This document shows positions 18,707-26,763 of a DNA stretch of 32,000 nucleotides, one piece after another. This DNA comes from Desulfotalea psychrophila LSv54 (GTDB lineage Bacteria > Desulfobacterota > Desulfobulbia > Desulfobulbales > Desulfocapsaceae). Made by a program: the position numbers and the translations under genes. The notes under the pieces are model-generated. The model was not told where the DNA came from. It saw only the letters and a program-made list of their open reading frames with translations, and searched no databases. Within the stretch, counting starts at the first letter, position 1, and each line of letters opens with the position of its first letter. The stretch is from NCBI RefSeq assembly GCF_000025945.1, contig NC_006138.1, forward strand, positions 2,220,001 to 2,252,000, in the 5' to 3' direction.

Positions 18707-19720
18707 CTAGAGGGTTAACCAGTGGCCGGCAACATCGACCATTCTATTGGCAAAACCCCATTCATTGTCGAACCAACAGATCATCTTCACTAATTTGCCA
18801 CCACAGACCCGTGTTTGGGTACCGTCAACCACGCAGGATCTTGAGTCTGTATTAAAGTCAACGGAGGCATGGGTTTCACGGGTATAGCCAAGCAGGCCCT
18901 GGAGTTCTCTTTTGGCAACACCTGCGAAGAGATTATTAATATCCTCCACGCTGACATTTTCTTTTAGATTAACCGAGAGATCCATCAGGGAAACATTAAT
19001 CGTTGGCACCCGCAGATGCAGGCATTGAAACTTGCCTTTAAAGGCAGGGTATATTGTCTGCAATCCGTTGGATAGGCCTGTATCAACGGGCACTATTGAT
19101 TGCAGGGCACTTCTGGTCAGACGCAGGTTGGTGTTGTGGTAACTATCAATAACCGGTTGATCATTCATGGCCGAATGGACAGTGGTTATCAGGCCATTTT
19201 CCACCCCAAAATTCTTTTCAAGCAGGTGCAATACGGGCAGAATACAGTTGGTGGTACAGGAGGCATTGGAGACAACCCTGTGTGCTGGCTTTAGCAGTCC
19301 TTCGTTTATTCCAAAAACTACAGTAGCATCCACCTCCTTGCAGCTGGGGTGAGATATCAAAATCCGCTTTGCCCCACTGGCAAGATGAAGTTCCGCCGTT
19401 TCCCGATCATGAAAGGATCCGGAGCATTCAAAGACAAGATCAATATCCAACTCCTTCCAGGGCAGCATGCGGGGATCTTTTTCTCGAAAAATTTCTATCC
19501 GGTCATCATTCACAATCAGACATCCGTTCTCGGAGGAGATTGGCAGAGGAAAGCGACCATGGGTGGTATCGTATTTTGTCAGATACCTTATGGTTTCTAT
19601 GTCCGCTAACTCATTTATAGCAACAACCTTAAAATGCTTGCCCACCTCAGAGGTATAGAGGGCACGTAATACACTCTGCCCAATACGTCCATATCCATTT
19701 ATTGCAATTCGAAAACTCAC
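18707..19720 (-). CDS. Erythrose-4-phosphate dehydrogenase / GAPDH-family dehydrogenase
   Basis: GTG start at 19720 with a GAGG SD gives MSFRIAINGYGRIGQSVLRALYTS. Contains VVAINELADIETIRYLTKYDTTHGRF, SNASCTTNCILPVLHLLEKNFG, HSAMNDQPVIDSYH, DGTQTRVCGGKLVKMICWFDNEWGFANRM. Confidence 0.88.
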   Translation of the reverse strand: MSFRIAINGYGRIGQSVLRALYTSEVGKHFKVVAINELADIETIRYLTKYDTTHGRFPLPISSENGCLIVNDDRIEIFREKDPRMLPWKELDIDLVFECSGSFHDRETAELHLASGAKRILISHPSCKEVDATVVFGINEGLLKPAHRVVSNASCTTNCILPVLHLLEKNFGVENGLITTVHSAMNDQPVIDSYHNTNLRLTRSALQSIVPVDTGLSNGLQTIYPAFKGKFQCLHLRVPTINVSLMDLSVNLKENVSVEDINNLFAGVAKRELQGLLGYTRETHASVDFNTDSRSCVVDGTQTRVCGGKLVKMICWFDNEWGFANRMVDVAGHWLTL

Positions 19721-20219
19721 AGCAATCCTCACTACAGCAAAAAAAAGAAGTAAACACCCCATCTGCAATGACTGGCAGTAATGCAAAGAGGATCGTAACC
19801 AAAGGCAGATAACGCAGGCAGATAAAAAATCCGTCGGAGACAGGGCCAGAGGTGCTAAAAAAACTTACATAAATTATCACTATTAAGGCTAAAAATCTAG
19901 CAAACAGTGTCTGCCGGGGAAAAATTACAGAGCTCTGCTCTGGGGCGAGCTATCCGCAAAAGCTCAAACCTCTCTTTATAGGTATCCGTAACTCTGTTTT
20001 ATTGTCAGCGCTTTTCAGCCAGGATGTGTAACATAAAAAATCGTGACAAAAAATAACATCCTTATTTTACTATTTCTCATAAAACGTACCGAGGTGGAGC
20101 GTCAAACCGCTATTATTGGTGTTGACGTAGGTACTGGCAAGGGCCGAGCAGTTTCTCGGGGCCTCACTGATAATGCATCAGTAGATGCGAAAAGAGTAAC
20201 AAAATTTAATGGGAGTCAT

Positions 20220-20903
20220 ATGAATACAATCATTAGCCCGAAAGAAATTGCCTTGTATATTGATCACACTCTCCTCAAACCTGAGGCAAGCCCTGCAGCT
20301 ATTCGTACCCTATGCGCAGAAGCTCGTGAGTACTCTTTCAAGACTGTATGCGTCAACTCTTGCTATGTCCCTCTCTGTGTGGAAGAACTTCAAGCTTGCC
20401 CCGTTGATGTTTGCTCGGTGGTGGGGTTCCCACTTGGGGCTATGCTGAGTTCGGCAAAGGCCTACGAGGCAAAACTTGCAGTGGCAGCCGGGGCCGACGA
20501 AATTGATATGGTTATCAATATTGGTCTCTTGAAGGCAGGAGAACTTGAAGCTGTTCGGGCAGATATTGAAACAGTTTTTGCCGCCTGTGGAGAGGCAGAC
20601 CTTAAGGTGATCATTGAGACAGGCCTGCTCAGCGATGCGGAGAAAAAAAGCGTCTGTCAGATATGCAAGGAAGTTGGTGTCGCCTTTGTTAAGACCTCCA
20701 CGGGTTTTGGTCATGGTGGCGCAACCGTTGCCGATGTAGAACTTATGCGTGCTGTTGTTGGTGAGAGATGTAAGGTTAAGGCCTCTGGCGGGGTACGCAA
20801 CCTTGCCGATGCCCGCGCCCTGATAGCGGCAGGAGCCAATAGAATTGGGGCAAGTGCCGGTATCGCAATTGTCAATGGAGAAGAGGTCCCCCCTTCTCGT
20901 TAA
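20220..20903 (+). CDS. deoC: Deoxyribose-phosphate aldolase
   Basis: [101 protein letters not shown] 20220 with GGGAG SD fits better than the 20043 start in the track. Confidence 0.93.
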   Translation: MNTIISPKEIALYIDHTLLKPEASPAAIRTLCAEAREYSFKTVCVNSCYVPLCVEELQACPVDVCSVVGFPLGAMLSSAKAYEAKLAVAAGADEIDMVINIGLLKAGELEAVRADIETVFAACGEADLKVIIETGLLSDAEKKSVCQICKEVGVAFVKTSTGFGHGGATVADVELMRAVVGERCKVKASGGVRNLADARALIAAGANRIGASAGIAIVNGEEVPPSR

Positions 20904-21144
20904 AAGAAAAACTGATATATATCGGGTGCCCATGGCTGCGGCAGAAGTCCTTCGGCAGTGATGGGTAATCTGTCTTGGCCTTGCCGGCAGATATGAGTGT
21001 ATAATGAATTTGCTGGCCATCGCTGTGCCTTGGCTTGTGGCAAGCAGGTCTGTGCCGGGTATTCATGTACGTATCGGCTTTTTGTCCGAGTTCGAAAGCC
21101 GGACCATGGAAGAGATTATTTAATCACTACCATAGGTGAAAAAT

Positions 21145-22065
21145 ATGAAAAAAATAGCTGTTATCGGCAGTAATATGGTGGACCTTGTCACCTATACTGA
21201 TCGTATGCCAGTAGCTGGTGAGACCCTTGAGGCACCGGATTTTGATCTTGGTTTCGGTGGTAAGGGTGCCAACCAGGCCATCGCTGCCGCAAAACTTGGG
21301 GGTGAGGTCCTGATGCTCTCCAAGGTGGGCGATGATGTGTTCGGTCCCAATACCAGGGCCAACTTTGTTGCCAACGGTATCGATGCTCGCTATGTAGAAA
21401 CCGCCGCAGGTATATCAAGTGGTGTTGCCCCTATCTTTGTTGATGCAAAGGGGCAGAACAGTATCCTCATTGTCAAGGGAGCCAATAAGCATCTCAGTCC
21501 TGTTGATGTGGACCGTGCCATTGATGATATCCGTGCCTGTGATCTCATTGTTATGCAGTTGGAGATATCTCTTGAAACCGTTTACTACGTTATTGAGCTG
21601 GGTCTACGCGAGCATATTCCTGTCCTCCTCAATCCTGCCCCTGCTGTTGCCGGTCTTGATATGGAGAAGATCTGTCAGCTTGATATGCTGGTTCCTAACG
21701 AAACAGAACTTGAAATTCTCACAGGTATGCCTGTGCAGACCCTTGAACAAATTCAAGCGGCGGCAAAATTTTTAATAGATGCAGGTATTAAGAAGGTTAT
21801 TGTGACTATGGGAAGCAAAGGCGCTCTCCTTGTTACAGAAAAAGAGATGACCTCTGTTCCCTGTCCTCAGGTGAAGGCTAAAGATACCAGTGGGGCAGGA
21901 GATGCCTTTATAGGTTGTTTTGCCAAGCACTATGTGGAAGGTGGTGAGCTTATCCCGGCCATGGAAGAGGCTGTAATCTACGCCTCCCTCTCCACCACCA
22001 GACCCGGCACCCAAAAGTCCTACGCCGATATCGACCAGTTCGAGGCATATAAGCGTTTTCTCTAG
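21145..22065 (+). CDS. rbsK: Ribokinase-like PfkB-family sugar kinase
   Basis: MKKIAVIGSNMVDLVTYTDRMPVAGETLEAPDFDLGFGGKGANQAIAAAKLG; DTSGAGDAFIGCFAKHYVEG. Start set at ATG 21145 (AGGTG SD) rather than the GTG at 21136. Confidence 0.88.
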   Translation: MKKIAVIGSNMVDLVTYTDRMPVAGETLEAPDFDLGFGGKGANQAIAAAKLGGEVLMLSKVGDDVFGPNTRANFVANGIDARYVETAAGISSGVAPIFVDAKGQNSILIVKGANKHLSPVDVDRAIDDIRACDLIVMQLEISLETVYYVIELGLREHIPVLLNPAPAVAGLDMEKICQLDMLVPNETELEILTGMPVQTLEQIQAAAKFLIDAGIKKVIVTMGSKGALLVTEKEMTSVPCPQVKAKDTSGAGDAFIGCFAKHYVEGGELIPAMEEAVIYASLSTTRPGTQKSYADIDQFEAYKRFL

Positions 22066-22300
22066 GTGTCTGTCCTTCCCTCTTCCGGCCTCCGGTCTGA
22101 GGGGTACCTCCTCTGCTAAAGACATCAGCTAAGGCGGAATAGTTTTGCCGATCACCTTTGCCACTGAAATAATATCTTTTTTTGCTTTTTCCCTTGCCCC
22201 CCCCTATACTGAAATGGACAGATAACACCTATCTACTGGATAAATGGATGCTTTGTAGCCATGGGCAAAGGGTAGACGATCAGGCAAAGGAGATAAAAAA

Positions 22301-22939
22301 GTGAGCAAATTACTCTACATAGAGGCGTCACCAAGAAAAAACAAATCGTTTTCTACTAGGGTCGCTCAATCCTTTATTAATACATTTCTGGATGCCGATC
22401 CTGCAAACAGGATAGAAACCCTGGATCTATGGGATTTTCCCTTACCGGAAGTTGATGGCAGTTATCTCAGTGCCAAATATAAGATACTTCACTGGCAGGA
22501 TCCAACAGAGGCAGAGGCCCGGGCCTGGACCGAAATTGCAAATATCGTCAGTCAGTTTAAGGATGCAGACAGTTATCTCTTTAGTATTCCTATGTGGAAT
22601 TTTTCTATCCCGTATAAACTCAAACACTTTATTGATATCATTACTCAGCCCGGTCTTACCTTTATGTTTTCTCCAGAATCAGGCTATCAGGGACTGGTAA
22701 CCGGAAAAGCCTGTACGGTAATATATGCTCGTGGAGCCCAATACCGTGGTACTAAGGGAAGCACCCTCGACTTTCAAAAGACATATATGGAGTTGCTTCT
22801 CAGTTTTATTGGTTTTGAAAATATTCACAGCATACGGGTAGAACCCACCCTGACAGACTCTGCGTCCAGGGAGCGGGTCCTGGCTACGGCAAAGCTTGAG
22901 GCAATATCTTTGGCAAAAGAACTCTACTCTCTAATTTAA
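22301..22939 (+). CDS. azoR: FMN-dependent NADH-azoreductase-like flavodoxin-fold protein
   Basis: YIEASPRKNKSFSTRVAQSF, ADSYLFSIPMWNFSIPYKLKHFIDIITQPGLTF, IYARGAQY. AGGAG SD, GTG start. Confidence 0.85.
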   Translation: MSKLLYIEASPRKNKSFSTRVAQSFINTFLDADPANRIETLDLWDFPLPEVDGSYLSAKYKILHWQDPTEAEARAWTEIANIVSQFKDADSYLFSIPMWNFSIPYKLKHFIDIITQPGLTFMFSPESGYQGLVTGKACTVIYARGAQYRGTKGSTLDFQKTYMELLLSFIGFENIHSIRVEPTLTDSASRERVLATAKLEAISLAKELYSLI

Positions 22940-22943
22940 AGTT

Positions 22944-22984
22944 AGCCATGGTTCCCCGACAGGGGCTGCCAAGGAGCCATGGCT
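22944..22984 (+). terminator. Hairpin between convergent azoR and dbpA
   Basis: AGCCATGG...CCATGGCT outer arms with internal CCCC-GACA-GGGG. No strong T-run. Confidence 0.5.
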
Positions 22985-23010
22985 GTTGTTCTCTGCGTCA
23001 GGCTTCTTTT

Positions 23011-24420
23011 TTAATACTCAAAGGAGGATTTGACTCCCTCCCCCTCATGACGATAGATAATAAAGCGTCGTCCCTTGATCTTTTTGGTGGAAAGTGCCCT
23101 TTCGGCCTCGTCTGCTACGGAACGTTCAATGGCGACATAGGAGTAAAAATCAAAACAGTTGATCTTGCCCACCTTGCTTCCGGCAATGCCCGCATCTTTA
23201 GTCAGGGCTCCCAAAATATCTCCGGGCCTGAGCTTGGTCTTTCGTCCACCGTTGATAGAGAGGGTCACCATCGGTGGCAGGGCTGTTACGCCTTTGCCTG
23301 CCGGAGCAAGCGCCTCGACATCGGAAATCTTAAAGTCAGTGCCCATCAGACGATTAATCTCCTCCAACCTGAACTCTTCGCCAGGCTCCATAAGGGAAAA
23401 GGCCAGACCCTCTTTCCCGGCTCGACCCGTCCGCCCGATACGATGGATATAGACCTCGGACTCAAAGGGAAGATCGACGTTGATTACTGCGCTGAGCCCA
23501 TTGATATCAAGTCCTCGGGCTGCCACATCGGTGGCCACCATGATAGGACTACTGCCGTTGGAGAAACGTACCAGAACTTCTGTCCGTTCTCTCTGGTCAA
23601 GGTCTCCGTGAATGGCCAGGGCCGAAAATCCTTTGGCCTCTAAGGCCTCGGCTATATCCCTGCAGTTCGCTTTAGTATTACAGAAGATCAGGGTGGACTC
23701 AGGCTTATGAGTGGCCAAAATTCTGCTGACAATAGCTGCTTTTTTATCCCATTTGCACTCAAAGAACTCTTGCTGAATTGAGTTTTCCTCGTGCTCTACG
23801 TCGACTATGACCCTTTGGGCCTTATACTGAAATTGTTCACTCAGACGGAGGATCTCATCGGGGAAGGTGGCAGAGAAGAGTAGGGTCTGACGACGCCGGG
23901 GGAGATAGCTTATAATGGCATCAAGGGTATCGGCAAAGCCGATGTCCAGCATGCGATCCGCTTCATCGAGGACCAGGGTGGTGACGTGGTCAAGATTGAG
24001 ACTTTCTCGCTTTAAATGCTGTTCAATACGGCCCGGGGTGCCGACCACAATATGGGCCTGATGTTCCAGAGAGGCCAGTTGAGGCTTGATGGGCATGCCG
24101 CCACAGAGGGTGGTAATTTTGATATTGTGCTTGAAGCGGGCAATACGACGTAGCTCGCCTGCTACCTGCTCCGCCAGCTCACGGGTTGGGCACATCACCA
24201 GAGTTTGGACTCGAAAGAGGCTTACATCCAGATTGTGGAGGAGGCCGATACCGAAGGCTGCTGTTTTGCCTGATCCTGTCTTGGCCTGTGCTAGCAGATC
24301 CTCGCCCTCCAGCACATGGGGCAGACTCTCTGCCTGGATAGGAGTCATTTCATGGTAACCCATGATCTCTAGATTATCGGTCATTGCTTTGCTTAAGGCC
24401 AGTGTAGTAAATGCGCTCAT
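23011..24420 (-). CDS. dbpA: ATP-dependent RNA helicase DbpA
   Basis: AQAKTGSGKTAAFG, PTRELAEQV, VLDEADRMLD, LFSATFP, HRIGRTGRAG. C-terminal domain KLRPGDILGALTKDAGIAGSKVGKINCFDFYSYVAIE. Confidence 0.92.
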   Translation of the reverse strand: MSAFTTLALSKAMTDNLEIMGYHEMTPIQAESLPHVLEGEDLLAQAKTGSGKTAAFGIGLLHNLDVSLFRVQTLVMCPTRELAEQVAGELRRIARFKHNIKITTLCGGMPIKPQLASLEHQAHIVVGTPGRIEQHLKRESLNLDHVTTLVLDEADRMLDIGFADTLDAIISYLPRRRQTLLFSATFPDEILRLSEQFQYKAQRVIVDVEHEENSIQQEFFECKWDKKAAIVSRILATHKPESTLIFCNTKANCRDIAEALEAKGFSALAIHGDLDQRERTEVLVRFSNGSSPIMVATDVAARGLDINGLSAVINVDLPFESEVYIHRIGRTGRAGKEGLAFSLMEPGEEFRLEEINRLMGTDFKISDVEALAPAGKGVTALPPMVTLSINGGRKTKLRPGDILGALTKDAGIAGSKVGKINCFDFYSYVAIERSVADEAERALSTKKIKGRRFIIYRHEGEGVKSSFEY

Positions 24421-24739
24421 GGGGTCCTTTAATTATAGAAGCAGACCCCTGCGGGCCCTAGTGGTAAATTTAGCCGGAGATGCCGGCAAACAGAGATGGC
24501 AGATAAATCATATTTTGTCCACAAAAGCCATAGTTAATGCACAGGATCATAGCCAGGAAAGGGCCGGCAAGTCCTCTGAGATGAGGGCAAGAGGTCATAA
24601 TGAGTGACAAAACAGGCCCGCTCTCAGGAAGAAAGAGAGTTAGTTATGATGGAGGGATGGAGAGATGGCCGGGCTTGCGGTAAATAATGTTCCGTTTTGG
24701 CCCTGCCTTACCGGTGAAAAAAATGAAAGGAGAACTACT

Positions 24740-25207
24740 ATGAACGCAAAGATTAAAGAAATGCCGGAGTACAATGTCGCATATGTACGCAAGATGGGGG
24801 CCTATGGCGAAGAAACCTGTAAACAGGCCTTCGCTGAACTGGTGCAGTGGGCGGAGCCGAAGGGCTATCTGCGTTTGGGAACAATACTTGGGTTATATTG
24901 GGATAACCCGGAGACTACCCCGCCCGAGAAATGCCGTACCGATGCCTGTATAACTGTTCCGGACGGAACATTAGCTGAAGGCACGATCGGTGTACAGCTC
25001 ATCAGTGGGGGCCAATACGCCGTCTGCCATTTCGAAATTACGGCAGAAGGTTTTCAGCAGGCATGGAAAGATGCCTTTTCATGGTTTATAGGTAAGGGCT
25101 ATGAGTGTGCTGCTAAACCCTGCTACGAGCTTTTTCATAATAATGGAGAGGAAGATCCTGACGGCAGGTGGATCTTTGACATCTGTATTCCGCTGAAAAA
25201 ATCCTGA
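24740..25207 (+). CDS. GyrI-like / AraC effector-binding-domain small-molecule-binding protein
   Basis: MNAKIKEMPEYNVAYVRKMGAYGEETCKQAFAELVQWAEPKG...YAVCHFEITAEGFQQAWKDAFSWF. AAAGGAG SD before ATG 24740. Confidence 0.78.
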   Translation: MNAKIKEMPEYNVAYVRKMGAYGEETCKQAFAELVQWAEPKGYLRLGTILGLYWDNPETTPPEKCRTDACITVPDGTLAEGTIGVQLISGGQYAVCHFEITAEGFQQAWKDAFSWFIGKGYECAAKPCYELFHNNGEEDPDGRWIFDICIPLKKS

Positions 25208-25217
25208 AAATAGACAG

Positions 25218-25255
25218 AGGGTGTCTCATCGCATCCGTCGATTGGACACCCTTTT
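25218..25255 (+). terminator. Bidirectional terminator between convergent genes
   Basis: AGGGTGTC - 19 nt - GACACCCT followed by TTT. Confidence 0.7.
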
Positions 25256-25266
25256 AATTCAAAAAT

Positions 25267-26271
25267 CTATCCTTGCTCTTCAGTAAGTGTATCCAGGGGA
25301 CTTTGGACATCATGGACATTCTTTTTCATAAGATGGGTGTAGATTTCCGTTGTCTTTACATCCTTATGGCCCAGCAATTTTTGCAGGAGGTGGAGATGAG
25401 TTCCCTGCTCTAAGAGGTGGGTTGCATAACTGTGGCGCAGGGTGTGACAGGTAACATGTTTTTCTATATTTGTCCTGCTCGTGGCGGTTTTTATCGCCTT
25501 CTGCAGGCCTGATTCCATCACATGGTGTCGACGTCTTTTGCCGGAACGTGGGTCCGAGGAAATTTTGCTGGCAGGAAAGAGAAATTGCCAGTTAACATCC
25601 ATGGCCGCGAGTGGGTATTTAAAGGCCACCGCCTGGGGCAGATAGACCTCTCCATAGCCCTCGACTATATCCTCTTTATGTAGCTGTATCACCCGCGATA
25701 CCTGGGCCTGGAGTTGATCGGTGATCAATCTCGGCAGGGGGACAGTTCGGTCATAACCGCCCTTACCTGCATTGACGAAAACGTGGCCCTCTGCAAAAAC
25801 TATATCCTTGACCCTGAGACGAATGCACTCCATTAGGCCTAAGCCACAGCCATAAAGCAATTGCGCCATGAGGAGATGTTGGCCTCGAAGTTGCGAGAGG
25901 AGCTGGCTCACCTCTTCTTGAGTCAAGACAGTGGGTAATTTCAGGTGTCGCTTACTGCGACTAGGTGCAATAGCTGTCAATTCTATTCCCAATACTCTCT
26001 GGAAGAGGAAGGAGATAGCGTTGAGTGCCTGTCGCTGAGTACTTGTTGAGGCGTTTTCATGCTCCTGCAGATAATGCAAATATTCTTCAACTTCAGTTAT
26101 CCCCATTTGTGCTGGCTCTTGTGGAGAGTCATAAAAATTCAAAAAACGAATAATCCATGCACAGTAACTCTGCTCGGTTCGATAGGCATAATTATAATAG
26201 CGTAACACCTCTTGTACCTGTTCCAGCAACCCAAGCTCCGGGTCTGGAATAAACTCTCTGCTACTTTCCAT
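25267..26271 (-). CDS. Integron-type tyrosine recombinase (IntI-like) lacking the box-I arginine
   Basis: YNYAYRTEQSYCAWIIRFLNFY, STQRQALNAISFLFQRVLG, IntI-specific FPASKISSDPRSGKRRRHHVMESGLQKAIKTA, HTLRHSYATHLLEQGTHLHLLQKLLGHKDVKTTEIYTHL. Start likely at MESSREF (26271). Confidence 0.88.
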   Translation of the reverse strand: MESSREFIPDPELGLLEQVQEVLRYYNYAYRTEQSYCAWIIRFLNFYDSPQEPAQMGITEVEEYLHYLQEHENASTSTQRQALNAISFLFQRVLGIELTAIAPSRSKRHLKLPTVLTQEEVSQLLSQLRGQHLLMAQLLYGCGLGLMECIRLRVKDIVFAEGHVFVNAGKGGYDRTVPLPRLITDQLQAQVSRVIQLHKEDIVEGYGEVYLPQAVAFKYPLAAMDVNWQFLFPASKISSDPRSGKRRRHHVMESGLQKAIKTATSRTNIEKHVTCHTLRHSYATHLLEQGTHLHLLQKLLGHKDVKTTEIYTHLMKKNVHDVQSPLDTLTEEQG

Positions 26272-26455
26272 CCTTACACCTCTATACAAATACACACAGG
26301 ACACATAGATAAATTCGGACTAGGTGAAATGGCTGATTTTATTCGTCACGATCAGGGGGAGAGAAAACTTGCGACAAGAATACCCCTAATCAGCTATACT
26401 ACACGCTAGCATAATATGGGAGATGAATTACAAAAAATAAAGAAAGATGTAAAGT

Positions 26456-26483
26456 CTCTGTTTTTTTTTGCAAAAAAACAGAG
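26456..26483. repeat. 12-bp perfect inverted repeat, 4-nt loop
   Basis: CTCTGTTTTTTT-TTGC-AAAAAAACAGAG. Confidence 0.85.
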
Positions 26484-26490
26484 AGAAAGG

Positions 26491-26594
26491 GATCTCTTTT
26501 TGTCATGGCCTATATAGGCCACACAGAACTTTTCTTAATCGTCTCTTGGACCTCATAAGCTTGTAGCTAACAGTAGCCCGAAAAAAAAGAGATC
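26491..26594. repeat. 11-bp inverted repeat enclosing 82 nt that contains a 16-bp palindrome
   Basis: GATCTCTTTTT (26491-26501) / AAAAAGAGATC (26584-26594); inside, TGGCCTATATAGGCCA at 26506-26521. Confidence 0.8.
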
Positions 26595-26710
26595 ATTCGA
26601 GCATGCAGAAAGATTAGATATAATAACATATTGTTAGATCAATTTCACAGATAAGGGTATTCTTCTGGTAGTTTCCTCGCATATGGGGGCGCTCAAGAAA
26701 TAGTCCCGAG

Positions 26711-26754
26711 TATTTTTTGCATCTGATTTTTCCGGGTTGATCAGATAAAAAATA
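26711..26754. repeat. 15-bp stem with 2-nt bulge directly before the next gene start
   Basis: TATTTTTT-gc-ATCTGAT - ttttccgggttg - ATCAGAT-AAAAAATA, immediately 5' of SD AAGGAAG and ATG 26764. Confidence 0.85.
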
Positions 26755-26763
26755 AGGAAGATT

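Noticed and set aside
20310-21020. 236-aa minus-strand ORF
   Set aside because: Shadow of deoC; translation has no family motifs and deoC is unambiguous.
22948-23643. 231-aa plus-strand ORF
   Set aside because: Antisense to the dbpA 3' part; no motifs.
26491-26594. Calling this inverted-repeat unit an attC site
   Set aside because: Size fits, but no convincing RYYYAAC/GTTRRRY core sites at the arms. Kept only as an unexplained structure.
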